From NCBI GenBank assembly GCA_003282105.1, contig QCAB01000002.1:7119-71118 (forward strand): DNA of 64,000 bases, written 5' to 3'. This DNA comes from SAR86 cluster bacterium AG-339-G14. Its GTDB lineage: Bacteria > Pseudomonadota > Gammaproteobacteria > Magnimaribacterales > AG-339-G14. The position numbers and the translations under genes were made by a program. Shown piece by piece: positions 12,148-20,853 of this stretch (positions are counted from its first letter, which is position 1; each line of letters starts with the position of its first letter). The notes below the pieces were generated by a model. It saw only the letters and a program-made list of their open reading frames with translations. It was not told where the DNA came from and searched no databases.

Positions 12148-12403
12148 TAAGTTTTATATTCCTGTTGAGCTTTGATTTCTGCCTAGAAGCGCTATTTTTT
12201 GTAATAACTTTTTTATTGGCCATTTTGTCAATTAGTTTTTGAGCCTTTAAAAACAAATTTTTTGCTTGCTCTTGGTCTTTTGCCTCAATTGCTTGTTCAA
12301 CTGACTTAATAGCTGTTCTAACAGAAGCCCTTTGTGAACTTTTCAATTCGTTTTTGACAATTGTTTGTCTTGCTCTCTTTTTAGCTGATTGAATATTTGC
12401 CAT
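12134..12403 (-). CDS. rpsT: 30S ribosomal protein S20
   Basis: MANIQSAKKRARQ (E. coli MANIKSAKKRAIQ). The 3' end overlaps the proB 3' end by 14 nt. Confidence 0.93.
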   Translation of the reverse strand: MANIQSAKKRARQTIVKNELKSSQRASVRTAIKSVEQAIEAKDQEQAKNLFLKAQKLIDKMANKKVITKNSASRQKSKLNRNIKLISSN

Positions 12404-12465
12404 GGCGCGAAATGATGAGGTTTTTAGTATATTTTGTCAACGTATTTAAAATTTTTTTAAATAGA

Positions 12466-14487
12466 CTAAATTAATCCTCTTTTTTGAAGCAACCTTTTTG
12501 GATCAGGATTTTTTCCGTTAAATTTAACGAATTGATCCATAAGATTTTTTGAATTTCCTGACGCATAGACAAATTTTTTGAGTTTTTTTCCAGAAGCTTT
12601 GTTAAAAAGACCTTTCTTTTCGAATACTTCAAAAGCAGAAGAATCGAGAACCTCAGACCACATATAACTATAATAATTTGAGGAATATCCTCCAGAAAAA
12701 ATATGATTAAAATACGTACTTCCGTATCTGCTATCTATAGCATCTGGTTTTCCTAGAGATTTAAATAGATTTTTTTCGAATTTTTCAATATTAGATATCT
12801 TCTTTTTTTCTGAATGCCATGCAAGGTCAAGATAGGAAGCAACAAGATACTCAGTTGTTGCAAAACCCTGATTGAATTTTTGACACTTTTCATATTTTTT
12901 TAGAAGGCTTTTGGGTATTTTTTTTCCAGTTTTATAATGCAATGCAAACTCTTCGAGAACCTTTGGCGATCTGATCCAGTTTTCCATCATTTGAGAGGGA
13001 AATTCTACATAATCTCTTGGTACAGAAGTTCCTGATAAAGAAGGATAAGTTACATCAGACAACAATCCATGCAAACCATGACCAAATTCATGAAAAAGCG
13101 TAATTGCTTGTTCAAAGCTTAACAACGTGGTCTTAGCAGATTTTGATTTTGGAAAATTACATACATTTATTATGATTGGAAACTTTGAACCATTGTTTTT
13201 ACTCTGATCTTGATAGCTAGTCATCCACGCGCCACCTTGTTTTGAAGGTCTTGCGTGGTAGTCAGTAAGAAAGATTCCAACAATTTTTTTGGATTTATTC
13301 AAAACTTTATATGCTTTGACATCCTCATGGTACTTAGGATAGTTGTTCAAAGGCACGAACATTATCTCAAATAACCTTTCAGCAACTGCAAAGGCCGCCT
13401 TTTGAATATTTTCTAAAGATAAATATGGGCGCATTTCTTCTTCAGAATAATTAAACTTAGATTCTCTTACTTTTTCAGCATAAAACCACCAATCCCAAGG
13501 TTTCAATTTAAAGTTATTCCCTTCAGCTTGAATAAGATTTTGAATTTCGTCTATTTCTTCTTTCGCTCTTAATTTTGCGGGCTTCCAAACGTTGTCTAAA
13601 AGATTTAAAACATTTTTTTTGTTTTCCGCCATCGAATTTTGTAAAGCTAAATCAGTGTGTGATTTAAAGCCAAGAAGATTCGCTTTTTTTTCTCTTAAAT
13701 TAGACATCTCTAAAAGAATTTTTTCATTGTTGTTCTGGTTATTATTTTTTCCTTTGTTTATATAACCTTTGTAAATTTCTTCTCTAAGATTTCTATTTTT
13801 TGAGAAAGTTAGAAAAGGGTAAAGATTTTCTCTAGTTGCCTTAAATAACCAAGCGCCTTTGTAATTTTCTTTTTCTGCTTGAAGTTTAGCTTGATTGACC
13901 AAGTCTTTCGGTAAGCCATCTAAATCAGTCTTGTCGTTTATAACTAGTTCAAATGCATTCGTTTCTTTGAGAGTATTCTGACCAAAATTTAAGGATAGAG
14001 ATGATAGTTTTTGATTAATTTTTTTTAGCAAAGCTCTTTTCTTTGAGTCAAGACCAGAGCCATTGAGCATAAAATTATCGTAAGTAATTTTTACTAACCT
14101 TCGTTGTTCGTCGTTCAAGTCTTCATTAGATTCATAGACTTTTTTTACTTTTTTAAACAAAGACACATTTAAAGAAATACTGTCTCTATGTTTTGATAAT
14201 AAAGGAGTTGCTTTGGCAGCTATTTTTTGAAGCTCATCAGATGAATCAGCAGATAAAACGTTAAAAAAAACTCTACTAACTTTTGATAAAAGTGAGCCAG
14301 CATTTTCTAGGGCATTAATAGTATTACTGAAGGTTGGTTTTTCCTTATTTTTTAAAATAAGTTCGATTTCTGTTTTGTGATCGGCAATTGCTTTTTTGAA
14401 AGCTGGTAAGTAATGTTTTGGTTTAATTTCTTCGAATGGAGGAAGTCCAAATTTAGATTTAAAGTCTTTTGTGAGCGGATTGTTCAT
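12466..14487 (-). CDS. dcp: Peptidyl-dipeptidase Dcp (M3 zinc metallopeptidase)
   Basis: HEFGHGLHG zinc motif. WDWWFYAEKVRESKF and the C-terminal ...LLQKRGLI parallel E. coli Dcp (WDWAFYAEQVRREKF, ...LQHRGLNI). 673 aa. Confidence 0.8.
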   Translation of the reverse strand: MNNPLTKDFKSKFGLPPFEEIKPKHYLPAFKKAIADHKTEIELILKNKEKPTFSNTINALENAGSLLSKVSRVFFNVLSADSSDELQKIAAKATPLLSKHRDSISLNVSLFKKVKKVYESNEDLNDEQRRLVKITYDNFMLNGSGLDSKKRALLKKINQKLSSLSLNFGQNTLKETNAFELVINDKTDLDGLPKDLVNQAKLQAEKENYKGAWLFKATRENLYPFLTFSKNRNLREEIYKGYINKGKNNNQNNNEKILLEMSNLREKKANLLGFKSHTDLALQNSMAENKKNVLNLLDNVWKPAKLRAKEEIDEIQNLIQAEGNNFKLKPWDWWFYAEKVRESKFNYSEEEMRPYLSLENIQKAAFAVAERLFEIMFVPLNNYPKYHEDVKAYKVLNKSKKIVGIFLTDYHARPSKQGGAWMTSYQDQSKNNGSKFPIIINVCNFPKSKSAKTTLLSFEQAITLFHEFGHGLHGLLSDVTYPSLSGTSVPRDYVEFPSQMMENWIRSPKVLEEFALHYKTGKKIPKSLLKKYEKCQKFNQGFATTEYLVASYLDLAWHSEKKKISNIEKFEKNLFKSLGKPDAIDSRYGSTYFNHIFSGGYSSNYYSYMWSEVLDSSAFEVFEKKGLFNKASGKKLKKFVYASGNSKNLMDQFVKFNGKNPDPKRLLQKRGLI

Positions 14488-14568
14488 AAATCAATATTAA
14501 GAGATTTTTAAACTCATATCTAATCTATTTTCAAAAATAAGATTTATATATATCATTCAGAAATAATA

Positions 14569-14918
14569 TGGTGGAGGCGGCGGGTATCGAACCCGCGTCC
14601 ATCGATTCATCCCCTTCAGTTCTACATGTTTAGTTTCATCTATTATTTCTTTTTTATTTCTCCGATGAGCAGGATAAATAAAATATATTCTGTAAATTCT
14701 TTTTGAGAAAACTCCAGAAAAATTTTCTCAAGCAACCTATTTAGTGACTTTCTTAAACCTTAATAGGTATCAGGCCAAGAAAGCTAGCCGAATTATGCAG
14801 CTAGTGCGTAGTTTGCTTTATTGCCAACTAAATGTTTTGTAACTAAATTTAACGAGATTGTTACCATCTCGACATGCCTTTCAGGTTCTCAAATAAATGT
14901 CTAATCCATTTCGCCCCC
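14569..14918 (-). ncRNA. ssrA: tmRNA (SsrA), one-piece
   Basis: Not in the ORF track. The reverse complement starts GGGGGCGAAATGGATTAGAC and ends GCGGGTTCGATACCCGCCGCCTCCACCA. It has a 7-bp acceptor stem GGGGGCG/CGCCTCC with a G3:U70 pair, a T-arm GCGGG-TTCGATA-CCCGC and a CCA end. The internal tag frame (14825 down to 14793) is GGC AAT AAA GCA AAC TAC GCA CTA GCT GCA TAA, giving GNKANYALAA. It is preceded by UAGUU (E. coli UAGUC). The gene sits 22 nt downstream of smpB. Confidence 0.92.
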
Positions 14919-14940
14919 GTGGGCCGATATTTTAATGAAT

Positions 14941-15417
14941 TTATTTCAAGTTACTAGGAAGATTGGTAATTTTTAATTTTTCTTTATCCCATTCCTTTTT
15001 TTTCAAAGACTGCCTTTTGTCATATTTTGTTTTTCCTTTTCCTAAAGAAATTTTTATTTTTATTAAATTTTCTTTCCAAAAAAGTTTAGTAGGCACACAA
15101 GTAAGGCCTTTTTCTTGCGTAGCTTTATAGATTTTCGCAAGTTCTGATTTAGTCAATAAAAGCTTTCTCGTTCTAATTGGGTCTACTTTATGAGTAACTT
15201 CGTTGAGAGGTTTAATATTCATTCCTATCAACCAGGCTTCGCCCTGTTTCATAAGCACGTAACTATCCTTCATGTCTGCCTGACTCGCGCGAATACCTTT
15301 TACTTCCCAGCCGCTCAAAGAAATACCTGCTTCAAAGTCTTCGAAGAGCTCAAAGTTGAATCTAGCTTGTCTGTTCTCAATTACTGGCCTTGAATTTATT
15401 TTTTTGTTTTTTGACAT
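14941..15417 (-). CDS. smpB: SsrA-binding protein
   Basis: 158 aa; ENRQARFNFELFEDFEAGISLSGWEVKGIR and a basic C-terminal tail. Adjacent to ssrA. Confidence 0.94.
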   Translation of the reverse strand: MSKNKKINSRPVIENRQARFNFELFEDFEAGISLSGWEVKGIRASQADMKDSYVLMKQGEAWLIGMNIKPLNEVTHKVDPIRTRKLLLTKSELAKIYKATQEKGLTCVPTKLFWKENLIKIKISLGKGKTKYDKRQSLKKKEWDKEKLKITNLPSNLK

Positions 15418-15462
15418 TAGATGAGTATAAATATTAAATAATTACTAATCATTAGAAAAGAA

Positions 15463-16800
15463 ATGGACCAAGCAAAAATATGGAAAGGGAACTGGACTTT
15501 TGTCCTCGCGGCAGCTGGTGCAGCGGTAGGTTTAGGAAATATCTGGAAGTTTCCTTATTTAGCTGGAGAAAGTGGGGGCGGAGCATTTGTAATAATTTAC
15601 TTACTCTGTATTTTGCTTCTTGGACTTCCCATAATGATTGCTGAAATTTATATTGGAAGATATGGACGTAAGAGCCCAATAAATTCAGTCACAAAGATCA
15701 TCGCAGATTTTAACCTAAGTAAATTTTGGTTGGTCTTGGGATGGCTTGGAGCCTTGGCTGGACTTTTGATTCTTTCTTACTATAGCGTGATTGCTGGGAT
15801 AGCTGCTTCATATATTTTTAGTTCAATACCTGCATCTGAGTTGAATCCAGCAGAGTACTCAGTTCAATATTATTCAGATTTCAAAGAATCCCCACTGCTT
15901 ATGATTTTTTGGCATACCTTATTCATAGGAATAACTTGCTATGTAGTAGGCAAGGGGGTTGTAGATGGTATTGGGAAAGCGATTAATATTTTGATGCCCA
16001 TACTCTTCTTTTTAGTAATTGTTCTTTGTATTTACTCTTCGGTTACTGGTGAATTTCTTAAAACTTTTACCTTTTTATTCAATCCAGACTTTTCAAAAAT
16101 TACTCCAGGAGTAGTAATTACCGCAATGGGGCAAGCTTTTTTTACTCTTAGCATTGGAATGGGATCTATCATGGCTTATGGGGCATATATGCCGCAGGAA
16201 CAAATGATAGGTAAAACTGTTTTAATTGTTATTTTTTTGGATACTTTAGTGGCTTTACTGGCTGGATTTACTATTTTTCCTATCGTATTTAGCAACCCAG
16301 AGCTTTCAGCATTTGTAGGAAAAGGATTATTGTTTGAATCTCTTCCCGTAGCATTTCATGCCATGCCCTTGGGGAGTATCTTTCATTCAATATTTTTTAT
16401 TTTAGTTTCGATTGCAGCCTTAAGTTCCTCAGTTTCTTTAATTGAACCTTTTACCGCTTGGATTGAAGAAGAAAAAATTTTTTCACGAGCAAAAGGTGTT
16501 GTTTTTTTAGGCTTTATAGCTTGGGTGATAGGACTTGGAACGGTTTTCTCTGATAATATTTGGTCAGATTATAAGCTTAATGGGCTTAATTTTTTTGAAT
16601 GGACTGCCACAATAACAGACCAATTCATGTTGCCTTTAGGCGGTTTGTTAATATGTTTGATGGTTGGATTCTTTATTCCAACTTTAGATATTGAAAAGGA
16701 TTTAAATATTTCAAAAATCTTTGAAAATACCTTTAAAAGTTGCTTAAAAATTATTGCTCCTTTATCGGTGCTGTTGATTTTTATTTACGCTTTAACTTGA
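15463..16800 (+). CDS. Sodium-dependent transporter, neurotransmitter:sodium symporter (NSS/SNF) family
   Basis: 445 aa, about 11-12 hydrophobic segments. N-terminal NSS motif AAAGAAVGLGNIWKFPYLAGESGGGAFV. Confidence 0.85.
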   Translation: MDQAKIWKGNWTFVLAAAGAAVGLGNIWKFPYLAGESGGGAFVIIYLLCILLLGLPIMIAEIYIGRYGRKSPINSVTKIIADFNLSKFWLVLGWLGALAGLLILSYYSVIAGIAASYIFSSIPASELNPAEYSVQYYSDFKESPLLMIFWHTLFIGITCYVVGKGVVDGIGKAINILMPILFFLVIVLCIYSSVTGEFLKTFTFLFNPDFSKITPGVVITAMGQAFFTLSIGMGSIMAYGAYMPQEQMIGKTVLIVIFLDTLVALLAGFTIFPIVFSNPELSAFVGKGLLFESLPVAFHAMPLGSIFHSIFFILVSIAALSSSVSLIEPFTAWIEEEKIFSRAKGVVFLGFIAWVIGLGTVFSDNIWSDYKLNGLNFFEWTATITDQFMLPLGGLLICLMVGFFIPTLDIEKDLNISKIFENTFKSCLKIIAPLSVLLIFIYALT

Positions 16801-17543
16801 TGGTTTACTATTTCTTCCTTGGTTGTTGGGCTTTGCTTGGCCTGACGGCTTTTTTTTATTTAATGAGGCAGCCAGCACCTTATGGAAAGCACATAAAATA
16901 TTCAAAGTATTCTGTAGGAGCCAGGACGGGTTGGATTGTTATGGAATCTCCCGCTTTCTACTTAATGATCATCTTTTTTTTATTATATGGCGACTCTACT
17001 AACTTAATTCACGTAGTTTTGACTTTTCTATACTGCCTCCATTATTTTAATAGAAGCTTTGTTTGGCCATTAAGAGCTCAGAATAATTCAAAAAAAATGC
17101 CTGTTAACGTCATGGCTTCAGCATTTAGTTTTAATTTAATAAATGTTTTTTTCCAAGGAACATGGATTTTTGTTCTTGTAGATTACTCTAATGAATGGAT
17201 TTTTAGCTTTTATTTTGCTGTCGGAATAATTATTTTTTTTATAGGCATGGCAGTGAATGTAATAGCTGACGAAATTATGATATCCCTCAAGAAAAAAAAT
17301 AATGGTCAATATTCGATTCCGAACGGCTTTCTTTATTCAAAAGTAAGTTGTCCAAATTATTTAGGAGAATTTTTAGAATGGTTTGGCTGGGCTTTGATGA
17401 CTATGAATCTGGCTGGATTTGTCTTCTTTTTTTGGACTCTTGCAAATTTACTGCCAAGAGCGATTTCAAACCACAAATGGTTACAAACAAATTTTGAAGA
17501 ATACCCTAAAGAAAGAAAAGCAGTGATTCCCGGAATTATTTAA
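16800..17543 (+). CDS. Steroid 5-alpha-reductase (SRD5A / 3-oxo-5-alpha-steroid 4-dehydrogenase) family membrane protein
   Basis: The C-terminus YSIPNGFLYSKVSCPNYLGEFLEWFGWAL...FEEYPKERKAVIPGII parallels animal SRD5A1/2 (...GEIIEWIGYAL...FEDYPKSRKALIPFIF). ATG at 16800 shares 1 nt with the transporter TGA. The ORF-track start at 16740 is rejected. Confidence 0.8.
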   Translation: MVYYFFLGCWALLGLTAFFYLMRQPAPYGKHIKYSKYSVGARTGWIVMESPAFYLMIIFFLLYGDSTNLIHVVLTFLYCLHYFNRSFVWPLRAQNNSKKMPVNVMASAFSFNLINVFFQGTWIFVLVDYSNEWIFSFYFAVGIIIFFIGMAVNVIADEIMISLKKKNNGQYSIPNGFLYSKVSCPNYLGEFLEWFGWALMTMNLAGFVFFFWTLANLLPRAISNHKWLQTNFEEYPKERKAVIPGII

Positions 17544-17857
17544 GTTTCGTCAAGTAAATTATCCCAGGTCTTTAATTTTCCATTATCAAAAGTTAAAACG
17601 TAATGAACATTTGTAATTTTATTTTCACCAACACTAAAAGTGCCAATATATTCCCATCGATCTGAATTAAAGGCACTGGTAAATGATGGAGAGCCCATAA
17701 TAAATTGTACTTGAGCAGACGTTAGTCCTATTTCAAGCTGATCTATCATTTCATCAGTAACAATATTTCCCTGCGCAACAGGAACTCTGTAAAACCTATT
17801 TGCACAGGCGATAATGCAAATAGCTATTAAAAAATATAAAATAAGTTTTTTGAACAT
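17540..17857 (-). CDS. bamE: Outer membrane assembly lipoprotein BamE (SmpA/OmlA)
   Basis: Signal peptide with lipobox IIAC, then GNIVTDEMIDQLEIGLTSAQVQFIMGSP (SmpA/OmlA domain). Divergent from fur as in Pseudomonas. Confidence 0.85.
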   Translation of the reverse strand: MFKKLILYFLIAICIIACANRFYRVPVAQGNIVTDEMIDQLEIGLTSAQVQFIMGSPSFTSAFNSDRWEYIGTFSVGENKITNVHYVLTFDNGKLKTWDNLLDET

Positions 17858-17892
17858 CTTGAAATTTTTCTAAATTATACTATTAATTAAAT

Positions 17893-18303
17893 ATGGCTGA
17901 AGACAAAAACTTAAGAGAGGCGGGGCTAAAAGTAACTTTGCCTAGAATCAGGATCTTAGAAATTTTTGAAGAATCTGAAACAAAACATTTAAGCGCAGAT
18001 GAAGTTTATAAAAAGTTATTTGAAGCAGGCGACGAAGTAGGTCTAGCAACTGTTTATCGAGTGCTTACTCAGTTTGAATCTGCAGGCATCTTGATGAAAC
18101 AGAATTTCGAAAACGGCCACTCCGTATACGAGCTGACTCCTAACGATCATCACGATCATATGGTCTGCCTTAAAACTGGTAAAGTCATAGAATTTACTAA
18201 TGAAATTATTGAAGAACAGCAAGAAAAATTAGCCGAAGAAAGAGGTTATAAGATAGTTGATCATAGATTAGTTTTGTATGTAGAACCTATTGCTGATGAA
18301 TAA
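17893..18303 (+). CDS. fur: Ferric uptake regulator
   Basis: LKVTLPRIRILEIF...HLSADEVYKKL...VGLATVYRVLTQFESAGI and the metal site HHDHMVC; 136 aa. Confidence 0.93.
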   Translation: MAEDKNLREAGLKVTLPRIRILEIFEESETKHLSADEVYKKLFEAGDEVGLATVYRVLTQFESAGILMKQNFENGHSVYELTPNDHHDHMVCLKTGKVIEFTNEIIEEQQEKLAEERGYKIVDHRLVLYVEPIADE

Positions 18304-18856
18304 AAAAGATACAGAAAAGCAAACTGAAGAAAAAATAGAACAAGAGGAAGCTCTTCAAGAAGAAAATTCTCAAGAATCAAAAATTGATGAAAATTCAGGT
18401 GAATCTTCTGAGGCATCATCACCAGAGGATTCAAAAATTGATGAATTGCAGGAACAACTCTTAAGATATCAAGCAGAAATTCAAAATTTACGCAGAATTT
18501 CTCAAAATGAAGTTACAAAAGCTCGCTTGTATGGAAATGAAAATCTCGTTAAGGATCTTATTCCTTCAATAGATAACCTTTTTAGAACTCTAGAACACCA
18601 AGACATAGAAGCTAAAACTGTTCCCGCAGAAGGCATATCTCTCATTGTCAGGGAAATTATCTCAGCTCTTGAAAAAAATGGAATCTCAGTGATTGACCCA
18701 AAAGGTGAAGAATTCGATCCAAAAGAACATGAAGCTTTATCTGTTAGCGATGATGACAAAGAAAAACCAAACATTGTTTTAGAGGTTTTCCAAAAAGGAT
18801 TTAAATTTAATGAGAGAGTTGTAAGACCTGCTATGGTTGTAGTGAATAAAAAATAA
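18296..18856 (+). CDS. grpE: Nucleotide exchange factor GrpE
   Basis: Acidic N-terminus, coiled coil (LRYQAEIQNLRR) and C-terminal FQKGFKFNERVVRPAMVVV. ATG at 18296 overlaps fur by 8 nt. The ORF track used TTG at 18290. Confidence 0.9.
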   Translation: MNKKDTEKQTEEKIEQEEALQEENSQESKIDENSGESSEASSPEDSKIDELQEQLLRYQAEIQNLRRISQNEVTKARLYGNENLVKDLIPSIDNLFRTLEHQDIEAKTVPAEGISLIVREIISALEKNGISVIDPKGEEFDPKEHEALSVSDDDKEKPNIVLEVFQKGFKFNERVVRPAMVVVNKK

Positions 18857-18864
18857 AAAAAAGA

Positions 18865-18891
18865 CTTGAAATAAATTTAATTGCCCTTAAT
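18865..18891 (+). promoter_or_regulatory. Candidate sigma32 (heat-shock) promoter for dnaK-dnaJ
   Basis: CTTGAA (18865-18870), a 13-nt spacer, then CCCTTAAT (18884-18891). Compare the E. coli consensus CTTGAA-N13-15-CCCCATnT. Lies in the 63-nt grpE/dnaK spacer. The -10 match is partial. Confidence 0.4.
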
Positions 18892-18919
18892 TAACGTATG
18901 TAACTAAAAAGAGGTACAT

Positions 18920-20836
18920 ATGGCCAAAATTATAGGAATTGATTTAGGAACGACTAATTCTTGCCTTGCAATAATGGAAGGTGACCAGGCGAAGGTAATT
19001 GAAAATAGCGAAGGCGGAAGAACTACACCTTCTATAGTTGCATATACCGACGGAGAAACTCTTGTCGGCCAAAGCGCCAAAAGACAATCTGTTACTAATC
19101 CTGAAAATACTTTATATGCCATTAAAAGGCTAATAGGTCGAAAATTCGATGACGATGTAGTCAAAAAAGATTCTGAAATCTGCCCGTTTAAAATTGTAAA
19201 AGCTAAAAATGGTGACGCATGGGTTAACGCCAATGGTGAAGATTTAGCACCGCAGCAAGTTTCTGCGCAAATTCTTTCAAAAATGAAGAAATCAGCAGAA
19301 GACTACTTAGGCCATGAAGTTAAAGAAGCAGTAATTACAGTACCTGCTTACTTTAATGATTCTCAAAGGCAAGCTACTAAGGATGCTGGAAAAATTGCTG
19401 GCTTAGACGTCAAAAGAATTATAAATGAGCCAACGGCTGCTGCTTTAGCGTTTGGTCTCGATAAAAAGACAGGTGATCAAAAAATTGCCGTATTCGATCT
19501 AGGTGGAGGCACATTTGATATTTCAATTATTGAACTGGCAGAAATAGATGGCGAAAAACAATTTGAAGTTTTATCTACTAATGGGGATACCTTTTTAGGC
19601 GGGGAAGATTTCGACCTTGCATTAATAGATTTTCTTGTAGATGAGTTTAAAAGTGAGCAAGATTTTGATTTAAGAAAAGATCCTGCAGCTTTACAGAGAT
19701 TAAAAGAAGCTGCCGAGAAAGCAAAAATCGAACTTTCATCAAATCAACAAACGGAAATCAACATTCCTTATATTACCGCTGATGCTTCTGGTCCTAAGCA
19801 TTTGCTTATCAAGATTACTAGATCAAAATTGGAGTCCTTGGTTGAGAGTTTAATTAAAAGAAGCTTAAAACCAGTAGAAGTTGCTTTAAAAGATGCAAAT
19901 CTTAAGCCTTCAGACATCAATGATGTTATTTTGGTTGGAGGGCAAACTAGGATGCCATTGGTTCAAGAAAAGGTAAAAGAATTTTTTGGAAAAGAACCAA
20001 GAAAAGATATAAATCCAGACGAAGCTGTCGCCGTGGGCGCAGCCGTTCAAGGAGCAGTACTGTCAGGCGATGTGACAGATATCTTATTACTTGATGTTAC
20101 ACCTCTAACCTTGGGAATTGAGACAATGGGTGGAGTAATGACTCCGTTGATAGAAAAAAATACGACCATTCCTACTAATAAATCTCAAATATTTTCAACC
20201 GCAGAGGATAATCAAACAGCCGTTACTGTCAATGTTGTTCAGGGAGAAAGAAAGCAGGCGAAGGAAAATAAACAATTAGGTCTTTTCAATTTAGATGGCA
20301 TTCCGGCGGCTCCTAGAGGCATGCCTCAAATAGAAGTTTCTTTTGATATCGATGCAAATGGTATTCTAAATGTCTCAGCTAAAGACAAAGCTACCAACAA
20401 AGAACAATCCATTACTATCCAAGCCTCTGGAGGTCTTTCTGAAGACGACATTGAAAAAATGGTTGCAGAAGCTGAGGCTAATGCCGATGAAGACAAAAAA
20501 TTTGAAGAAATGGTTCAAGCTAGAAACGCTGCTGATACACTTATTCATGGTTGTAAAAAAACCTTAGAAGAATCTGCTGACAAAGTAGAAGATCAAGAAA
20601 AGAGTCAGATTGAAGAAGCAATTTCCGCTTTAGAAGAAGCTCTTAAAGGCGATGACAAAGATAGTATAGAGGAAAAGACAAAAGATCTAGCAGAAGCATC
20701 ATCTTCACTTGCACAAAGACTTTATCAGGAACAACAAACTAATTCTTCTGAAGAGAATTCCGACACTCCTCAAGACTCAGACGATTCAGCAGTAGATGCA
20801 GATTTTGAAGAAGTAAAAGAAGAAAATAAAAGTTAA
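18920..20836 (+). CDS. dnaK: Chaperone DnaK (Hsp70)
   Basis: [22 protein letters not shown] and [11 protein letters not shown] motifs; 638 aa; good SD (AGAGGT). Confidence 0.97.
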   Translation: MAKIIGIDLGTTNSCLAIMEGDQAKVIENSEGGRTTPSIVAYTDGETLVGQSAKRQSVTNPENTLYAIKRLIGRKFDDDVVKKDSEICPFKIVKAKNGDAWVNANGEDLAPQQVSAQILSKMKKSAEDYLGHEVKEAVITVPAYFNDSQRQATKDAGKIAGLDVKRIINEPTAAALAFGLDKKTGDQKIAVFDLGGGTFDISIIELAEIDGEKQFEVLSTNGDTFLGGEDFDLALIDFLVDEFKSEQDFDLRKDPAALQRLKEAAEKAKIELSSNQQTEINIPYITADASGPKHLLIKITRSKLESLVESLIKRSLKPVEVALKDANLKPSDINDVILVGGQTRMPLVQEKVKEFFGKEPRKDINPDEAVAVGAAVQGAVLSGDVTDILLLDVTPLTLGIETMGGVMTPLIEKNTTIPTNKSQIFSTAEDNQTAVTVNVVQGERKQAKENKQLGLFNLDGIPAAPRGMPQIEVSFDIDANGILNVSAKDKATNKEQSITIQASGGLSEDDIEKMVAEAEANADEDKKFEEMVQARNAADTLIHGCKKTLEESADKVEDQEKSQIEEAISALEEALKGDDKDSIEEKTKDLAEASSSLAQRLYQEQQTNSSEENSDTPQDSDDSAVDADFEEVKEENKS

Positions 20837-20853
20837 TCATAGTCCTCACATCC

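Noticed and set aside
14488-14568. Possible genomic island, attachment site or intrinsic terminator downstream of the tmRNA 3' end.
   Set aside because: The next gene (dcp) starts 81 nt away. There is no integrase and no visible repeat of the tmRNA 3' end. The only pairing is a weak 5-bp AT-rich stem, so there is no support for an island or a classical terminator.
16740-16799. N-terminal extensions proposed by the longest-ORF track. Affected starts are 31 (rplO), 16740 (SRD5A-like), 18290 (grpE), 23723 (tsf) and 29649 (bamA). The same applies to 33571 (fabZ), 34002 (lpxA), 43838 (rimI), 50985 (lptF) and 60922 (greA).
   Set aside because: Each extension overlaps the upstream gene or adds residues absent from orthologue N-termini. 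A downstream ATG reproduces the conserved N-terminus, often with an SD or an ATGA/TAATG junction.
17858-17892. Looked for a Fur box (GATAATGATAATCATTATC-like) for autoregulation in the bamE/fur spacer.
   Set aside because: The spacer is simply AT-rich (ttctaaattatactattaattaaat). I could not align it to the 19-bp consensus above background for this composition.
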